Positions 1 through 9,963 of a DNA stretch of 64,000 nt are shown in pieces. The stretch covers positions 95,212 through 159,211 of the forward strand of contig JBDHJR010000004.1 in assembly GCA_039586815.1 (NCBI GenBank), given 5' to 3'. Position 1 is the stretch's first letter, and each line of letters begins with the position of its first letter. The translations under genes and the position numbers were made by a program. The notes beneath the pieces are model-generated. The model was not told the DNA's origin, did no database searches, and saw only the letters and a program-made list of their open reading frames with translations. The DNA is from Gemmatimonadota bacterium (GTDB lineage Bacteria; Gemmatimonadota; Gemmatimonadetes; Gemmatimonadales; GWC2-71-9).

Positions 1-242
1 TGTCGTGCCTGCCCGCCCTGGCGCTGAGAGGTTTGATGACGATGGCACCGTTCGTGGACGACGAGCGGGAACATCACCGCGTGTTCGGCAAACTGCGCGA
101 GCTGCGCGACCGCCTGGCAGGTGCGGGACTCGAGCTCCCGGAGCTCTCGATGGGAATGTCGGGGGATTACCGCGCCGCCGTGGCTGAAGGAGCGACCATC
201 TTGCGATTGGGCACCGTCCTGTTCGGAGAGCGGCCCTCATGA
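1..242 (+). CDS. yggS: YggS/YlmE-family PLP-binding protein, C-terminal part (5' end outside window)
   Basis: Frame is open to the window edge. Family C-terminal signature GLMTMAP...LSMGMSGDY...GATILRLGTVLFGER. TGA 240-242 overlaps the next ATG. Confidence 0.8.
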   Translation, partial: SCLPALALRGLMTMAPFVDDEREHHRVFGKLRELRDRLAGAGLELPELSMGMSGDYRAAVAEGATILRLGTVLFGERPS

Positions 243-733
243 ATGACGAAGGATTCCGACTGACGCCGGTGGACGTGCGGACGCAGGAATTCCGCCGCTC
301 CGCCATAGGATACGAAGTGTCGGGCGTGGAGGACTTCCGCTCGCGCGTCGCGGAGGAGTTGGAGCGGCTGTTGCGGGAGCGCGCCACGCTGGAGGAGCGC
401 CTGCAGAACCTGCGGGAGCAGCTCAAGTCGTACCGCGACCGCGAGAAGGCCCTGAACGACGCCGTGGTGATGGCGCAGCAGGTGCGCGCCGACACGGAGC
501 AAGCGGCCAAGCGCGATTCGGAAGCCGCTATGCGCGACGCCCAGGTCAAGGCGGAGGAGATCTTGACCGAGGCCCGGGCGTCCGAGGCGGACGCGCGGCG
601 CGACATCGAAGAGGTGCAGCGGCAGTTCAGCGCCTACCTTACTGCGTTCCGTCAGCTGCTCTGGCGCCAGCTGGCGGAGATAGATGCGCTGGCCGAGCAC
701 GAGCGCGACGGCACGGCACCCGGGAAGTCATGA
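239..733 (+). CDS. divIVA: DivIVA-domain cell division/polarity protein
   Basis: N-terminus FRLTPVDVRTQEFRRSAIGYEVSGVEDFRSRV matches the DivIVA N-terminal domain and is followed by a long coiled coil. ATGA overlaps on both sides. Confidence 0.85.
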   Translation: MNDEGFRLTPVDVRTQEFRRSAIGYEVSGVEDFRSRVAEELERLLRERATLEERLQNLREQLKSYRDREKALNDAVVMAQQVRADTEQAAKRDSEAAMRDAQVKAEEILTEARASEADARRDIEEVQRQFSAYLTAFRQLLWRQLAEIDALAEHERDGTAPGKS

Positions 734-1560
734 CCGCGAGCTCGCTGCGTGAGGAGATCGGCCGGGCCGTGGACGTGGTGCGGCAGAGCACGGCGTTCGC
801 GCCGGACGTCGCGCTGATCCTGGGAACGGGGTTGGGAGGACTGGCCGACGAGATAGCGGTCGAGGCGGAGATCGGCTACGAGTCGATTCCCGGATTCCCG
901 CTCTCGACGCTGGAGTTCCACGCCGGCAAGCTGCTGTTCGGAGAGCTCGGCGGGCAGCGTGTGGTAGCCATGCAGGGTCGGTTCCACCGCTACGAAGGCT
1001 ACTCCATGCAGCAGATCACCTTCCCCGTGCGCGTGATGCAGGCGCTCGGCGCGCACGCCATGCTGGTGTCCAGCGCGTGCGGAGGGATGCATCCGCTGTG
1101 GGGTCCGGGCGATCTGGTGCTCCTCGCGGACCACATCAATCTGCTCGGTGACAACCCGCTGATCGGACGGAACGACGAGGCGCTCGGCCCCCGCTTCCCC
1201 GACATGTCGCAGCCGTACGACCCGGAGCTGCGGAGGCTGGCCCGCGAAGTGGCACGCGACCGCAAGCTCACGCTGCGCGAAGGGGTGTACGTGGCGGTTC
1301 CGGGTCCCAATCTCGAGACGCCCGCGGAGTACCGCTTCCTGCGAACGGTGGGAGCGGACGTGGTGGGCATGTCCACCGTTCCAGAGGTGCTGGTGGCCCT
1401 GCACGGCGGCATGCGCGTGATGGGAGTCTCGATCATCACCGACCAGTGCCTGCCGGACGCGCTGGAGCCGGCGGACATCCCTACGATAATCGCGACCGCT
1501 GCCGCCGCCGAGCCGAACCTCACCAGCCTCGTGACCGGGGTGCTGGAGCGCCTGGCCTGA
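730..1560 (+). CDS. punA: purine nucleoside phosphorylase (trimeric PNP/MTAP family)
   Basis: Motifs ILGTGLGGLAD, RFHRYEGY and VGMSTVPEV; 276 aa. Confidence 0.85.
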   Translation: MTASSLREEIGRAVDVVRQSTAFAPDVALILGTGLGGLADEIAVEAEIGYESIPGFPLSTLEFHAGKLLFGELGGQRVVAMQGRFHRYEGYSMQQITFPVRVMQALGAHAMLVSSACGGMHPLWGPGDLVLLADHINLLGDNPLIGRNDEALGPRFPDMSQPYDPELRRLAREVARDRKLTLREGVYVAVPGPNLETPAEYRFLRTVGADVVGMSTVPEVLVALHGGMRVMGVSIITDQCLPDALEPADIPTIIATAAAAEPNLTSLVTGVLERLA

Positions 1561-4500
1561 TGCCATACCAGCCGCTGCCGGTAGGTACGGCGGACGCGTT
1601 CGAGCAAGAGGTACTCGAGTCGTGGCGGCGGGAGGATCTCTTTCACCGCACCCTCGAAGCCACGCGCGACGGCGAGCCGTTCGTGTTCTACGAAGGGCCG
1701 CCGACCGCCAATGGCCGACCCGGCCTGCACCACGTGTTCGCGCGGACGATCAAGGACATGATCTGCCGCTACCACGCGATGCTGGGTCGCTCGGTCACCC
1801 GCATAGCGGGGTGGGACACTCACGGCCTCCCGGTGGAGATCGAGGTCGAGAAGGCGCTCAACATCAGCGGCAAGGCCGACATCGAGCGGTTCGGCGTGGC
1901 CGAGTTCAACCGGCGCTGCAAGGAGAGCGTGTTCCGCTATAAGTCCGACTGGGAATCGCTGTCCGAGCGGATCGGCTACTGGCTCGACTACTCGCGACCC
2001 TACGTCACCTACGCCAACGAGTACATCGAGAGCGTGTGGTGGCTGCTGAAGCAGCTACACGAGCGGGATTTGCTGTACCAGGGACACAAGGTGCTGCCCT
2101 ACTGCCCCCGCTGCGGCACCGCCCTCTCGAGTCACGAGCTGGCGCAGGGATACGCCACGCACAAGAGCCCTTCCATCTACGTGCTGTTCCGTCTCGCGGG
2201 AGACGAAGGGCGCCATCTGCTGGTGTGGACCACCACTCCGTGGACGCTGCCCTCCAACGTGGGCGTTGCCGTGCACCCCGACTTCCGCTACGTGGAGCAC
2301 GAGGTGGAGGGTCGCCGCATCATCGCCGAGAAGGTCATCGCCGAGACTGCGGTCGTACCGGGTGCCACCGGCGGCAGGCCGCTCGCCGAGTTTCCCCGGG
2401 TCGCCGAGCACATGGGGCGCGACCTGGTGGGTCAGCGCTACGAGCAGCTACTCGATGCGGTCGCGGTCGAGGGCGACGGGGGCTTCCGCATCGTGGCCGG
2501 CGACTTCGTGACCAACGAAGAGGGGACGGGACTGGTGCACTTGGCGCCGGCCTTCGGTGCCGACGACTACGCCGCGGGCCAGCGCGAGGGGCTGCCGTTC
2601 GCCAACCCGGTGGACGCGGAGGGCCGCTTCGCCGGCACCACCTGGGACGCGATCAACGGCAAGACGGTTTTCGAGGCGAATCCGGTGATTGCCGATCGGC
2701 TGGTGCAGGAAGGAAAGGTGTTCGGGCGCTACCAGCCCGAGGGCTACGAGCATAGCTATCCCTTCTGCTGGCGCTGCGACTCGCCGCTGATCTACTACGC
2801 GCGGGAGTCGTGGTTCGTGCGCACCACGGCCTACCGCGATCGCATGCTGGCCATCAACCGCGAGGTGGCGTGGTACCCGCTCGAGGTGGGAGAGGGGCGC
2901 TTCGGCGAGTGGCTGGAGAACAACGTGGACTGGGCGCTGACGCGCGATCGCTACTGGGGTACGCCGCTCCCCGTGTGGATCTGCGAGCGAGAGGCGGCGC
3001 ACCGTGTGGTGGTGGGCTCGTACGACGAGCTGCGACAGCACTGGGGCAAGCCGCTTCCCGAGGACTTCGACCCACACAAGCCGTTCATCGACGACTACAC
3101 GTTCGACTGCTCGGAGCCGGGCTGCGGCGGTACCCTGCGCCGTGTGCCGGCGGTGATCGACGCGTGGTTCGACTCCGGGGCGATGCCCTACGCCCAGTGG
3201 CACTACCCCTTCGAGAACGAGCAGGAGTTCGAGCGGCACTTCCCGGCCGACTTCATCTGTGAGGGGCTGGACCAGACTCGCGGCTGGTTCTACTCGCTGC
3301 TTGCCATCGCGGCGGGCGTTTCCGACGGCCCCGCGTACCGCCACTGTGTCGTGAACGGCATCGTGCTGGACGCCGAGGGGCGCAAGATGTCCAAGCGCCT
3401 CGGCAACGCGGCCGATCCGTGGGAGGTGGTGCAGCAGTCCGGGGCCGACGCGGTGCGGCTCTATCTCCTGGCGTCGAGCCAGGTGGGGCTGCCCAAGCGG
3501 TTCGACGCGGACGCAATTCGCGAGGTATCGGTCGGTTTTCTCAACCGGCTGCGCAACATCTACGGCTTCTTTGCGCTCTACGCCGAGGACTGGACGCCGG
3601 AGCAGGCGCCACCCCTTGCCGAGCGCCCGCTGGTGGACCGCTGGCTGGTGAGCCGGCTGGACGCGGTGGCGCTGGCAGTGAATGCCGCGCTCGCGACCTA
3701 CGACGTGACGGGCGCGGTGCGCACGCTGATGGAGTTCTGTGACCACGAGCTCTCCAACTGGTACGTGCGCGTTAACCGGGGCCGCTTCTGGGCGCCCGAT
3801 GCCGCGGCCGACCCGGCGGCACTGGCCACGCTGCACGAGGCGCTCGTGACGGTGAGTGGCCTGCTGGCGCCCGCTGCGCCCTTCACCAGCGATGCCATCC
3901 ATCGGCGGCTGGAGGGAACCTCGGTGCACCTGATCCCGTTTCCGGCGGGCGGCGGCCGCAACGACCCCGACCTCGATGCGCAAATGGAGGCGGTGCGGCG
4001 CCTGGCGTCACTGGCTCGCGCTGCCCGGGAGCACGCGGGCCTTAGGGTGCGGCAACCGTTGGCCCGTCTCCGCGTGGCCGTGCCGCAGCGGCTGCGCGGC
4101 GAGGCGCTCACTACGTTCCTCGACGTGCTGGCCCGCGAAGTGAACGTGAAGCAGATCGACGTGGTCGCCTCGGACGAGGAGCTCGTGCGGCTGCGGGCCA
4201 AGCCCAACTTTCGGGCGCTAGGAAAGGTGTACGGCAAGGACACGCCCCTGGCCGCCCAGACGACGCGGCGGCTCACCGCGGAGCAGCTGCAACGGCTCGA
4301 GGCCGGGAGTGCGGTCTCAGTCACAGAGGACGGGCGGACTTGGGAATACCGTCCGGAGGACGTTGTCGTGGAGCGGGAGGTGGTGACCGACTGGCCGGTG
4401 CAGAGCGAAGGGGCCCTCGTGGTCGCCCTGGATCCGGAAGTGAGCGTGGAGTTGCGCCGGGAGGGTCTGGCCCGGGAAGTAGTGAATCGGGTGCAGAGAC

Positions 4501-4733
4501 TACGAAAAGAGGCTGGGTACGATTACAATACGCGGATCGCGTTGGGCATCTCCGGGGCGGATGACGTGCTGGAGGCGGCCCACGCGCACCACGAATTCAT
4601 CGCGGGCGAGACCCTGGCCCGCCATCTGGAGGCAGGCCAAGACCTGCCCGACTCGGACGTCCGCGAAGCAGTGGACATAGACGGCCGGCGCGTCGTGCTC
4701 TCCCTCAGGAGGGCGGACGCAGAGCGAGTCTAG
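1560..4733 (+). CDS. ileS: isoleucine--tRNA ligase
   Basis: Class I motifs GLHHVFART (HIGH region) and KMSKRLGN (KMSKS), with long editing and C-terminal domains. Start set at ATG 1560 (MPYQPLP), overlapping the punA TGA; the track start 1446 lies inside punA. Confidence 0.95.
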   Translation: MPYQPLPVGTADAFEQEVLESWRREDLFHRTLEATRDGEPFVFYEGPPTANGRPGLHHVFARTIKDMICRYHAMLGRSVTRIAGWDTHGLPVEIEVEKALNISGKADIERFGVAEFNRRCKESVFRYKSDWESLSERIGYWLDYSRPYVTYANEYIESVWWLLKQLHERDLLYQGHKVLPYCPRCGTALSSHELAQGYATHKSPSIYVLFRLAGDEGRHLLVWTTTPWTLPSNVGVAVHPDFRYVEHEVEGRRIIAEKVIAETAVVPGATGGRPLAEFPRVAEHMGRDLVGQRYEQLLDAVAVEGDGGFRIVAGDFVTNEEGTGLVHLAPAFGADDYAAGQREGLPFANPVDAEGRFAGTTWDAINGKTVFEANPVIADRLVQEGKVFGRYQPEGYEHSYPFCWRCDSPLIYYARESWFVRTTAYRDRMLAINREVAWYPLEVGEGRFGEWLENNVDWALTRDRYWGTPLPVWICEREAAHRVVVGSYDELRQHWGKPLPEDFDPHKPFIDDYTFDCSEPGCGGTLRRVPAVIDAWFDSGAMPYAQWHYPFENEQEFERHFPADFICEGLDQTRGWFYSLLAIAAGVSDGPAYRHCVVNGIVLDAEGRKMSKRLGNAADPWEVVQQSGADAVRLYLLASSQVGLPKRFDADAIREVSVGFLNRLRNIYGFFALYAEDWTPEQAPPLAERPLVDRWLVSRLDAVALAVNAALATYDVTGAVRTLMEFCDHELSNWYVRVNRGRFWAPDAAADPAALATLHEALVTVSGLLAPAAPFTSDAIHRRLEGTSVHLIPFPAGGGRNDPDLDAQMEAVRRLASLARAAREHAGLRVRQPLARLRVAVPQRLRGEALTTFLDVLAREVNVKQIDVVASDEELVRLRAKPNFRALGKVYGKDTPLAAQTTRRLTAEQLQRLEAGSAVSVTEDGRTWEYRPEDVVVEREVVTDWPVQSEGALVVALDPEVSVELRREGLAREVVNRVQRLRKEAGYDYNTRIALGISGADDVLEAAHAHHEFIAGETLARHLEAGQDLPDSDVREAVDIDGRRVVLSLRRADAERV

Positions 4734-4768
4734 GCTCGGGCCGGCATGACTGGTAGGGACGGCGAAGG

Positions 4769-5152
4769 ATGAAGAAGAAGCAACTTCAACATCTCGAGAA
4801 ACGGCTGCTGGAGGAGCGCAACCGCGTGATGAAGGAGCTCGGTCAGTACGACGAGCAGTTCAGCGGCACGCTGCAATCCTCGAACGGGGACCTCTCCTCC
4901 TACTCGTTCCATATGGCGGACCAGGGAACCGACGCGATGGAACGGGAGAAGCAGTTCCTCTTTGCCTCGAAGGAAGGCCGCTACCTCTGGCACGTGAACG
5001 AGGCGCTGCGCCGCCTGTATTTCTCGCCCGAGAGTTTCGGGGTGTGCCAGGAGTGCAGCGAGGAGATCGGGTTCGAGCGGCTCGATGCGCTGCCGCATGC
5101 GCGGCTGTGCATCAAGTGCAAGGCGAAAGAGGAAGATGCAAAACGGGCTTAG
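4769..5152 (+). CDS. DksA/TraR-family C4 zinc-finger protein
   Basis: C-terminal CQECSEEI...CIKCKAKEE four-Cys finger after a coiled-coil region. SD-like GAAGG 5 nt upstream of the ATG. Confidence 0.85.
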   Translation: MKKKQLQHLEKRLLEERNRVMKELGQYDEQFSGTLQSSNGDLSSYSFHMADQGTDAMEREKQFLFASKEGRYLWHVNEALRRLYFSPESFGVCQECSEEIGFERLDALPHARLCIKCKAKEEDAKRA

Positions 5153-5654
5153 GACCCCCTGGTTCTGGGGGGTCGCGCTCGCGGTGGTGCTGCTCGACTT
5201 CGTCACGAAGCAAATCGCGGTGACGGCCCTGGCGCACGCTCCGGTACCGATGCTCGGCAACTGGCTGACCTTCCGGCTGGTGTTCAATCCCGGAGCGGCC
5301 TTCGGCATCCACGTGGGTGAGTACTCGCGCTGGGTGTTCATGGTCCTGGCGCTGGTGGCGCTGGTCGTGCTGGGGTCCATGGTACGGCACACGCGACCGA
5401 CTCAGTGGGTGCGCCTCACGGCTCTTTCGCTCGTGTGCGGTGGCGCGGTCGGCAACCTGATCGATCGCGTGCGCAGCCCGCGCGGTGTGGTGGACTTCAT
5501 CGACGTGTGGATCGGCGCGTTTCACTGGCCCACCTTCAACGTCGCCGACATGGCGGTGACTTGTGGTGCCGTCACCCTGGCCCTGGTGCTGTGGCAGGAG
5601 GGGCGGCAGGGCGGTGAAGCCACTGCGGAGCACGCCGGTCCGGCCGAGGCGTGA
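5136..5654 (+). CDS. lspA: lipoprotein signal peptidase II
   Basis: Motifs FRLVFNPGAAFG, GNLIDR and VVDFIDV...FNVADMAV with four TM segments. Start at ATG 5136 (MQNGL) after GAGGAAG, not track start 5085. Confidence 0.85.
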   Translation: MQNGLRTPWFWGVALAVVLLDFVTKQIAVTALAHAPVPMLGNWLTFRLVFNPGAAFGIHVGEYSRWVFMVLALVALVVLGSMVRHTRPTQWVRLTALSLVCGGAVGNLIDRVRSPRGVVDFIDVWIGAFHWPTFNVADMAVTCGAVTLALVLWQEGRQGGEATAEHAGPAEA

Positions 5655-6654
5655 GCCGATTCCCACCGTCACGTTCCACGTCGCCACTGACTCGACGGAG
5701 CGTCTCGACCGGTTCCTCGCCGACCAACTCTCTCTCTCCAGAACTCAAGCCGCACGGCTGATCGCCGCCGGCGGCGTAAGCGTCAACGATGAGCCGGCCC
5801 GGGCCTCGCGCACGCTGAGCCGGGGCGACGCGGTGCGTGTGGAGGTCCCGGAGGAGGCGCCTCCCCGGGAGCTGACCCCCTATCACCGCTCCCTAACCGC
5901 CGTGTACGAGGACGATTCACTCCTCGTCGTGGATAAGCCTGCTGGTCTGGTTGTGCATCCGGCGCCGGGTCACTGGGACGACACTCTGCTGAACGCGCTG
6001 GTGGCCCGGGGTACCTCTCTGGGGGGCGGGGGAGAGGGGCGGCCGGGAATCGTGCACCGGCTCGACAAGGACACCTCGGGTCTGCTCATCGTGGCCAAGA
6101 CCGAGGCCGCCCACCGCGCGCTCAGCGGAGCCCTGGCACGCCGCAAGGTGACTCGCGCCTACGCCGCGCTCGTGTGGGGCCACGTCAGGCAGACCGTGGA
6201 CGTGGATGCGCCGCTGGCACGGCACCCGTCCGACCGCAAGCGCATGGCGGTTCTGGCTACCGGCCGGCCCGCCCGGAGCCGCGTGGAGCCGGTGGCCAGG
6301 TTCGAGGCCTGCGACCTGCTGCGGGTGCGTCTGTCCACCGGCCGCACGCATCAGGTGCGCGTGCATCTGGCCCACTTGGGGCACCCAATCGTGGGGGATC
6401 CGGTGTACGGCCAGGGGGGCGCCAGGCGGGTGACGGGGTCCCAGAGGCCGCTGGCGGAGGCGGTGGAGCGAGCCACGCCGCGCCAATCACTCCATGCCGC
6501 GCTGCTCGGATTCAAGCACCCCGCGAGCGGCGAATGGGTCGAGTTCCGCAGCGAATGGCCCCCCGATCTACTCCCGGCGTTGGGCGCCGCGGCAGCCGAT
6601 TCGAGTCTGCTTGCTCGCCCCAACGTGTTGGACTATCTTGGCTTCTTTAAATGA
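5614..6654 (+). CDS. rluD: 23S rRNA pseudouridine synthase, RluD family
   Basis: S4 domain (RLDRFLADQLSLSRTQAARLI), catalytic HRLDKDTSGLLIVAKT, and GRTHQVRVHLAHLGHPIVGDPVYG. Start uncertain: GTG 5614 chosen, since the track ATG 5563 overlaps lspA by 90 nt. Confidence 0.85.
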   Translation: MKPLRSTPVRPRREPIPTVTFHVATDSTERLDRFLADQLSLSRTQAARLIAAGGVSVNDEPARASRTLSRGDAVRVEVPEEAPPRELTPYHRSLTAVYEDDSLLVVDKPAGLVVHPAPGHWDDTLLNALVARGTSLGGGGEGRPGIVHRLDKDTSGLLIVAKTEAAHRALSGALARRKVTRAYAALVWGHVRQTVDVDAPLARHPSDRKRMAVLATGRPARSRVEPVARFEACDLLRVRLSTGRTHQVRVHLAHLGHPIVGDPVYGQGGARRVTGSQRPLAEAVERATPRQSLHAALLGFKHPASGEWVEFRSEWPPDLLPALGAAAADSSLLARPNVLDYLGFFK

Positions 6655-6655
6655 G

Positions 6656-7090
6656 ATGCGTGACTTGGCGGGCGCTCGAATCCTCGTTTTCAGGGTGGTC
6701 GATCGGCTGTGTGGGGCGGACGTGGACGCTGTCCGTGAGATCCTCCCCAGGCAGGCCGCCACCCGCGTCCCCGGTGCTGACGAGGCGGTGGCCGGCCTCA
6801 TCAACATCCGGGGCCAGCTCGTGCCGTTGGTCGACGGGAGTCGTGCGCTAGGCCACAGCACCGACGGCGGGGGGCAGACCATAGTGCTCCTCGAGGTTAG
6901 CGAGCAGTTGGTCGGGTTCACGGTCGACGAAGTGATCGACCTGGTGTCCGTCGCCGCCGACGATCTCTCCGACCGCGGTGACTTGCCGGGCGTCGATCCC
7001 CGTCTGGTGCGGGCAGTGGGCCGGCGCGGGGACGACTCGTTTGTTCTGCTCGATCTCGAAGCGTTGCTGACCCCAATCCTCAGCGTGTAG
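6656..7090 (+). CDS. cheW: chemotaxis coupling protein CheW (copy 1)
   Basis: CheW-like fold motifs: ILVFRVVDRLCGADVDAVREIL, LINIRGQLVPLVD, VGFTVDEVIDLV. ATG 6656 lies 1 nt after the rluD stop. Confidence 0.85.
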   Translation: MRDLAGARILVFRVVDRLCGADVDAVREILPRQAATRVPGADEAVAGLINIRGQLVPLVDGSRALGHSTDGGGQTIVLLEVSEQLVGFTVDEVIDLVSVAADDLSDRGDLPGVDPRLVRAVGRRGDDSFVLLDLEALLTPILSV

Positions 7091-7099
7091 GGAGGCTGT

Positions 7100-7462
7100 G
7101 TGAGCCATACGGTACTCGTGTGCGATGACGCGATCTTCATGCGGACGATGATCAGCGACATCCTGACGCAAGCAGGCTACGAGGTGGTGGGCGAGGCGGA
7201 GACCGGCACGCAGGCGGTCGAAAAGTACAAGCAGCTGAAGCCCGACCTGGTCACGATGGATATCGTGATGCCCGACATGGGTGGCATCGACGCCGTGCGA
7301 GAGATCGTAAGCGGCGATCCCAGCGCGCGCGTCCTGATGTGCAGCGCCATGGGCCAGCAGGCGCTCGTCGTCGAGGCGATCCAGGCAGGTGCCAAGGACT
7401 TCGTCGTGAAGCCGTTCCAGCCGTCCCGCGTGCTCGAGGCGGTCCAGCGGGTGCTCGGCTAG
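7100..7462 (+). CDS. cheY: single-domain response regulator CheY
   Basis: Receiver residues are all present: DD (VLVCDD), phospho-Asp in VTMDIVMPDMGG, CSAMG, VKPF. GTG start after GGGAGG. Confidence 0.9.
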   Translation: MSHTVLVCDDAIFMRTMISDILTQAGYEVVGEAETGTQAVEKYKQLKPDLVTMDIVMPDMGGIDAVREIVSGDPSARVLMCSAMGQQALVVEAIQAGAKDFVVKPFQPSRVLEAVQRVLG

Positions 7463-7464
7463 GC

Positions 7465-9333
7465 ATGGACCTCTCGCAGTATGCGGAGCTCTTTCTAGCC
7501 GAAAGTCGCGAACACCTCAGCACCATCAACCGGCTACTGCTGGAGTGGGAGCGGGACCCACAGGCGAGCGAGCCCGTAGCGGGGATCTTCCGGGCCATGC
7601 ACACGATCAAGGGCATGGCCGCGACCATGGGATACGCCAAGGTCGCCGACTTGGCACACCGCACCGAGAGCCTGCTCGACATCCTGCGGAGCGGTGGGCG
7701 CACGGCATCCGAGGAGCTCTTCGAGCTCCTCTTCAAGAGCGCCGACTCCCTCGATCAGGCCATAGAAGCGTCCGTGGCCGGGCGCGAATCCCAACTGGAC
7801 GTGAGCGCCGTGGTGCAGGCCGTGGACGCCGCTACGGCCAGCCTCGAGAAAGCCGGGGGCCGCCGCAAGCGCGCCCGACCTTCGGCGCCGGCCGCGGCTA
7901 CACCGGCGGGAGCCGGCCAGGCGGTGCAGGTGACGCTGGCGCCCGAGTCGCCCCTCAAGGGAGCCCGGGCACTGATCATCCTGCAGCAGGTGGGCGCACT
8001 GGGTCGCGTGCTCGCGGTCGAGCCGCCCGCCGCTGCCATGGAGGCCGACGAGTTCGACGGGCGCTTCACCTTCCGGCTGGAGACCGAGGCCTCGGACGAG
8101 GTGGTGGAGCAGGCCATCAGAAGCAGCGGCGACGTGGAGCGAGTGGAGCTCGCTTCCGCGGACGAAGCGCAGCCCGCGGCAGAGGCGGCGGGACGGCAGG
8201 CGCGCCACATCCGGGTCGACCTGCGCCGGCTCGATGCGCTCATGAACCTGATCGGTGAGCTGCTCACCACGCGCGCCGCGCTCACGGATATCAGCGTGCA
8301 GCGCGCCGACCCCGAGCTGGAGGAGGTCAGCGCCAAGTTCTCGCAGCTGGCGGGCGATCTCCAGAGTGAGATCATCCAGGCCCGCATGACGCCGGTGTGG
8401 CAGGTGTTCGACCGCTTCCCGCGTCTGGTGCGCGACCTCTCGCGCAAGCTCGACAAGCAGATCGACTTTCGCGTGGAAGGGAAGGAAATCGAGCTCGACC
8501 GCGCGATTCTGGACGAGATCGGCGATTCCCTGGTGCACCTCCTGCGCAACGCCGTGGGTCACGGGATCGAGAGCGCCAAGGACCGCAAGGCGGCGGGGAA
8601 GCCGGCCGAAGGAACCATCGAGCTGAGCGCCAGGCGGGAGCGCGCCGCGGTGGCGATTCGGGTGCGGGACGACGGGCGCGGCATCGATCGCGCCAAGATC
8701 CTGGATCGGGCGAAGGAGCTGGGTTTCGTGGACGCGGATGTGGACTCGCTGAGTGACGAGGTGCTGTTGCGGGTGCTCTCGCAGTCCGGCATGAGCACGG
8801 CTGACGAGGTGTCGGACCTGTCGGGACGTGGCGTGGGAATCGACGCCGTGGTGCACGCGACGAGGGCCATGGGAGGTGGGGTCGAGGTGCATACGACCGC
8901 GGGTGAAGGCACCACCTTCACGCTGCGTCTCCCCACCACGCTGGCGATCGTCCGGGCCCTCATCACGCGCGTGGGAGAGGAGCGTTACGCACTCCCCATT
9001 ACGCATGTGGCGGAGACACTGGACCTGGGCGCCGCCCAGGTCACGCGCGCCGACGAGCGCGACGCGATGACCCTGCGGGAGGGAGTGGTGCCGCTGGTGT
9101 ACTTGCGGCGCATGCTGGAGGTCGTGGGAGACGAGCCCAAGCGCAGTCCCGTGATCGTGCTGCAGATTGGAGACCGCCGCTCCGGGCTCGTGGTGGACCA
9201 GCTTCTCGGCCAGCAGGAGATAGTAGTGAAGGCCTTCACCCCGCCGCGGGGTATGCTGCCCATCTTCAGCGGCGCGACAATTCTAGGAGAAGGGCGCCCG
9301 GTCCTGATTCTCGATGCGGCCGGCTTAGTCTAG
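7465..9333 (+). CDS. cheA: chemotaxis histidine kinase CheA (no receiver domain)
   Basis: Hpt box FRAMHTIKGMAATMG, HATPase N/G boxes (HLLRNAVGHGIE, DDGRGID, GRGVGIDAV), and a C-terminal CheW-like P5 domain. Start at ATG 7465 (MDLSQYAELF). Confidence 0.92.
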   Translation: MDLSQYAELFLAESREHLSTINRLLLEWERDPQASEPVAGIFRAMHTIKGMAATMGYAKVADLAHRTESLLDILRSGGRTASEELFELLFKSADSLDQAIEASVAGRESQLDVSAVVQAVDAATASLEKAGGRRKRARPSAPAAATPAGAGQAVQVTLAPESPLKGARALIILQQVGALGRVLAVEPPAAAMEADEFDGRFTFRLETEASDEVVEQAIRSSGDVERVELASADEAQPAAEAAGRQARHIRVDLRRLDALMNLIGELLTTRAALTDISVQRADPELEEVSAKFSQLAGDLQSEIIQARMTPVWQVFDRFPRLVRDLSRKLDKQIDFRVEGKEIELDRAILDEIGDSLVHLLRNAVGHGIESAKDRKAAGKPAEGTIELSARRERAAVAIRVRDDGRGIDRAKILDRAKELGFVDADVDSLSDEVLLRVLSQSGMSTADEVSDLSGRGVGIDAVVHATRAMGGGVEVHTTAGEGTTFTLRLPTTLAIVRALITRVGEERYALPITHVAETLDLGAAQVTRADERDAMTLREGVVPLVYLRRMLEVVGDEPKRSPVIVLQIGDRRSGLVVDQLLGQQEIVVKAFTPPRGMLPIFSGATILGEGRPVLILDAAGLV

Positions 9334-9341
9334 GAGCAAGC

Positions 9342-9959
9342 ATGGTAGACCTGCGAGATCTCGAAGAACTACAGCTGGACGCCCTGAGGGAAGTCGCCAA
9401 CATCGGCGCGGGGCACGCTGCGACGGCGCTCTCGCAGCTCACCGACCGTCGCATCATGATCAGCGTGCCGCAGATCTACGTAGAGCGCCTCGAGCAGGTG
9501 CCGGATATCCTGGGTGACGCTGAAGACGTCGTTGCCGCCGTGCTGATGCACATGCTGGGGGACCTGACGGGGCGAATGCTGCTCGTCGTGCCGCAGTCGA
9601 ACGCGATGCTGCTGTGCGACCTCCTGCTGCGGCGCGAGCCGGAAACCACGAGCGAGTTCGGCGATCTCGAGCAGTCCAGCCTCAAGGAGGCGGGCAACAT
9701 CCTGGGAGGTGCGTACATGAACGCCCTCTCGGACTTCATGGGGATGATGCTGCTTCCCTCCGTCCCGAGCCTGGCCGTGGATCTCTCGGGCGCGGTGCTG
9801 AGCACCACGCACCTGAGCTTTGGACGGGACAAGGACGTGGTGTTCTGCGTCGAGACCAACTTCCACTTCGCTGAAGCGGATGCGATGCTGCGCGGCCATT
9901 TCCTGCTGCTGCCCGACGTCGCCTCGTTGAAGACCATCTTCGACGCCATCCGTATCTGA
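9342..9959 (+). CDS. cheC: CheC-family CheY-P phosphatase
   Basis: Two copies of the CheC active-site helix: LREVANIGAGHAATALSQL and LKEAGNILGGAYMNALSDF. 205 aa. Confidence 0.8.
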   Translation: MVDLRDLEELQLDALREVANIGAGHAATALSQLTDRRIMISVPQIYVERLEQVPDILGDAEDVVAAVLMHMLGDLTGRMLLVVPQSNAMLLCDLLLRREPETTSEFGDLEQSSLKEAGNILGGAYMNALSDFMGMMLLPSVPSLAVDLSGAVLSTTHLSFGRDKDVVFCVETNFHFAEADAMLRGHFLLLPDVASLKTIFDAIRI

Positions 9960-9963
9960 CTCG

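Noticed and set aside
1446-1560. Track start of ileS at 1446, and the possibility of a T-box or leader upstream of ileS.
   Set aside because: This stretch lies entirely inside the punA coding frame. The conserved IleRS N-terminus starts at ATG 1560, which overlaps the punA stop, so there is no space for a leader RNA.
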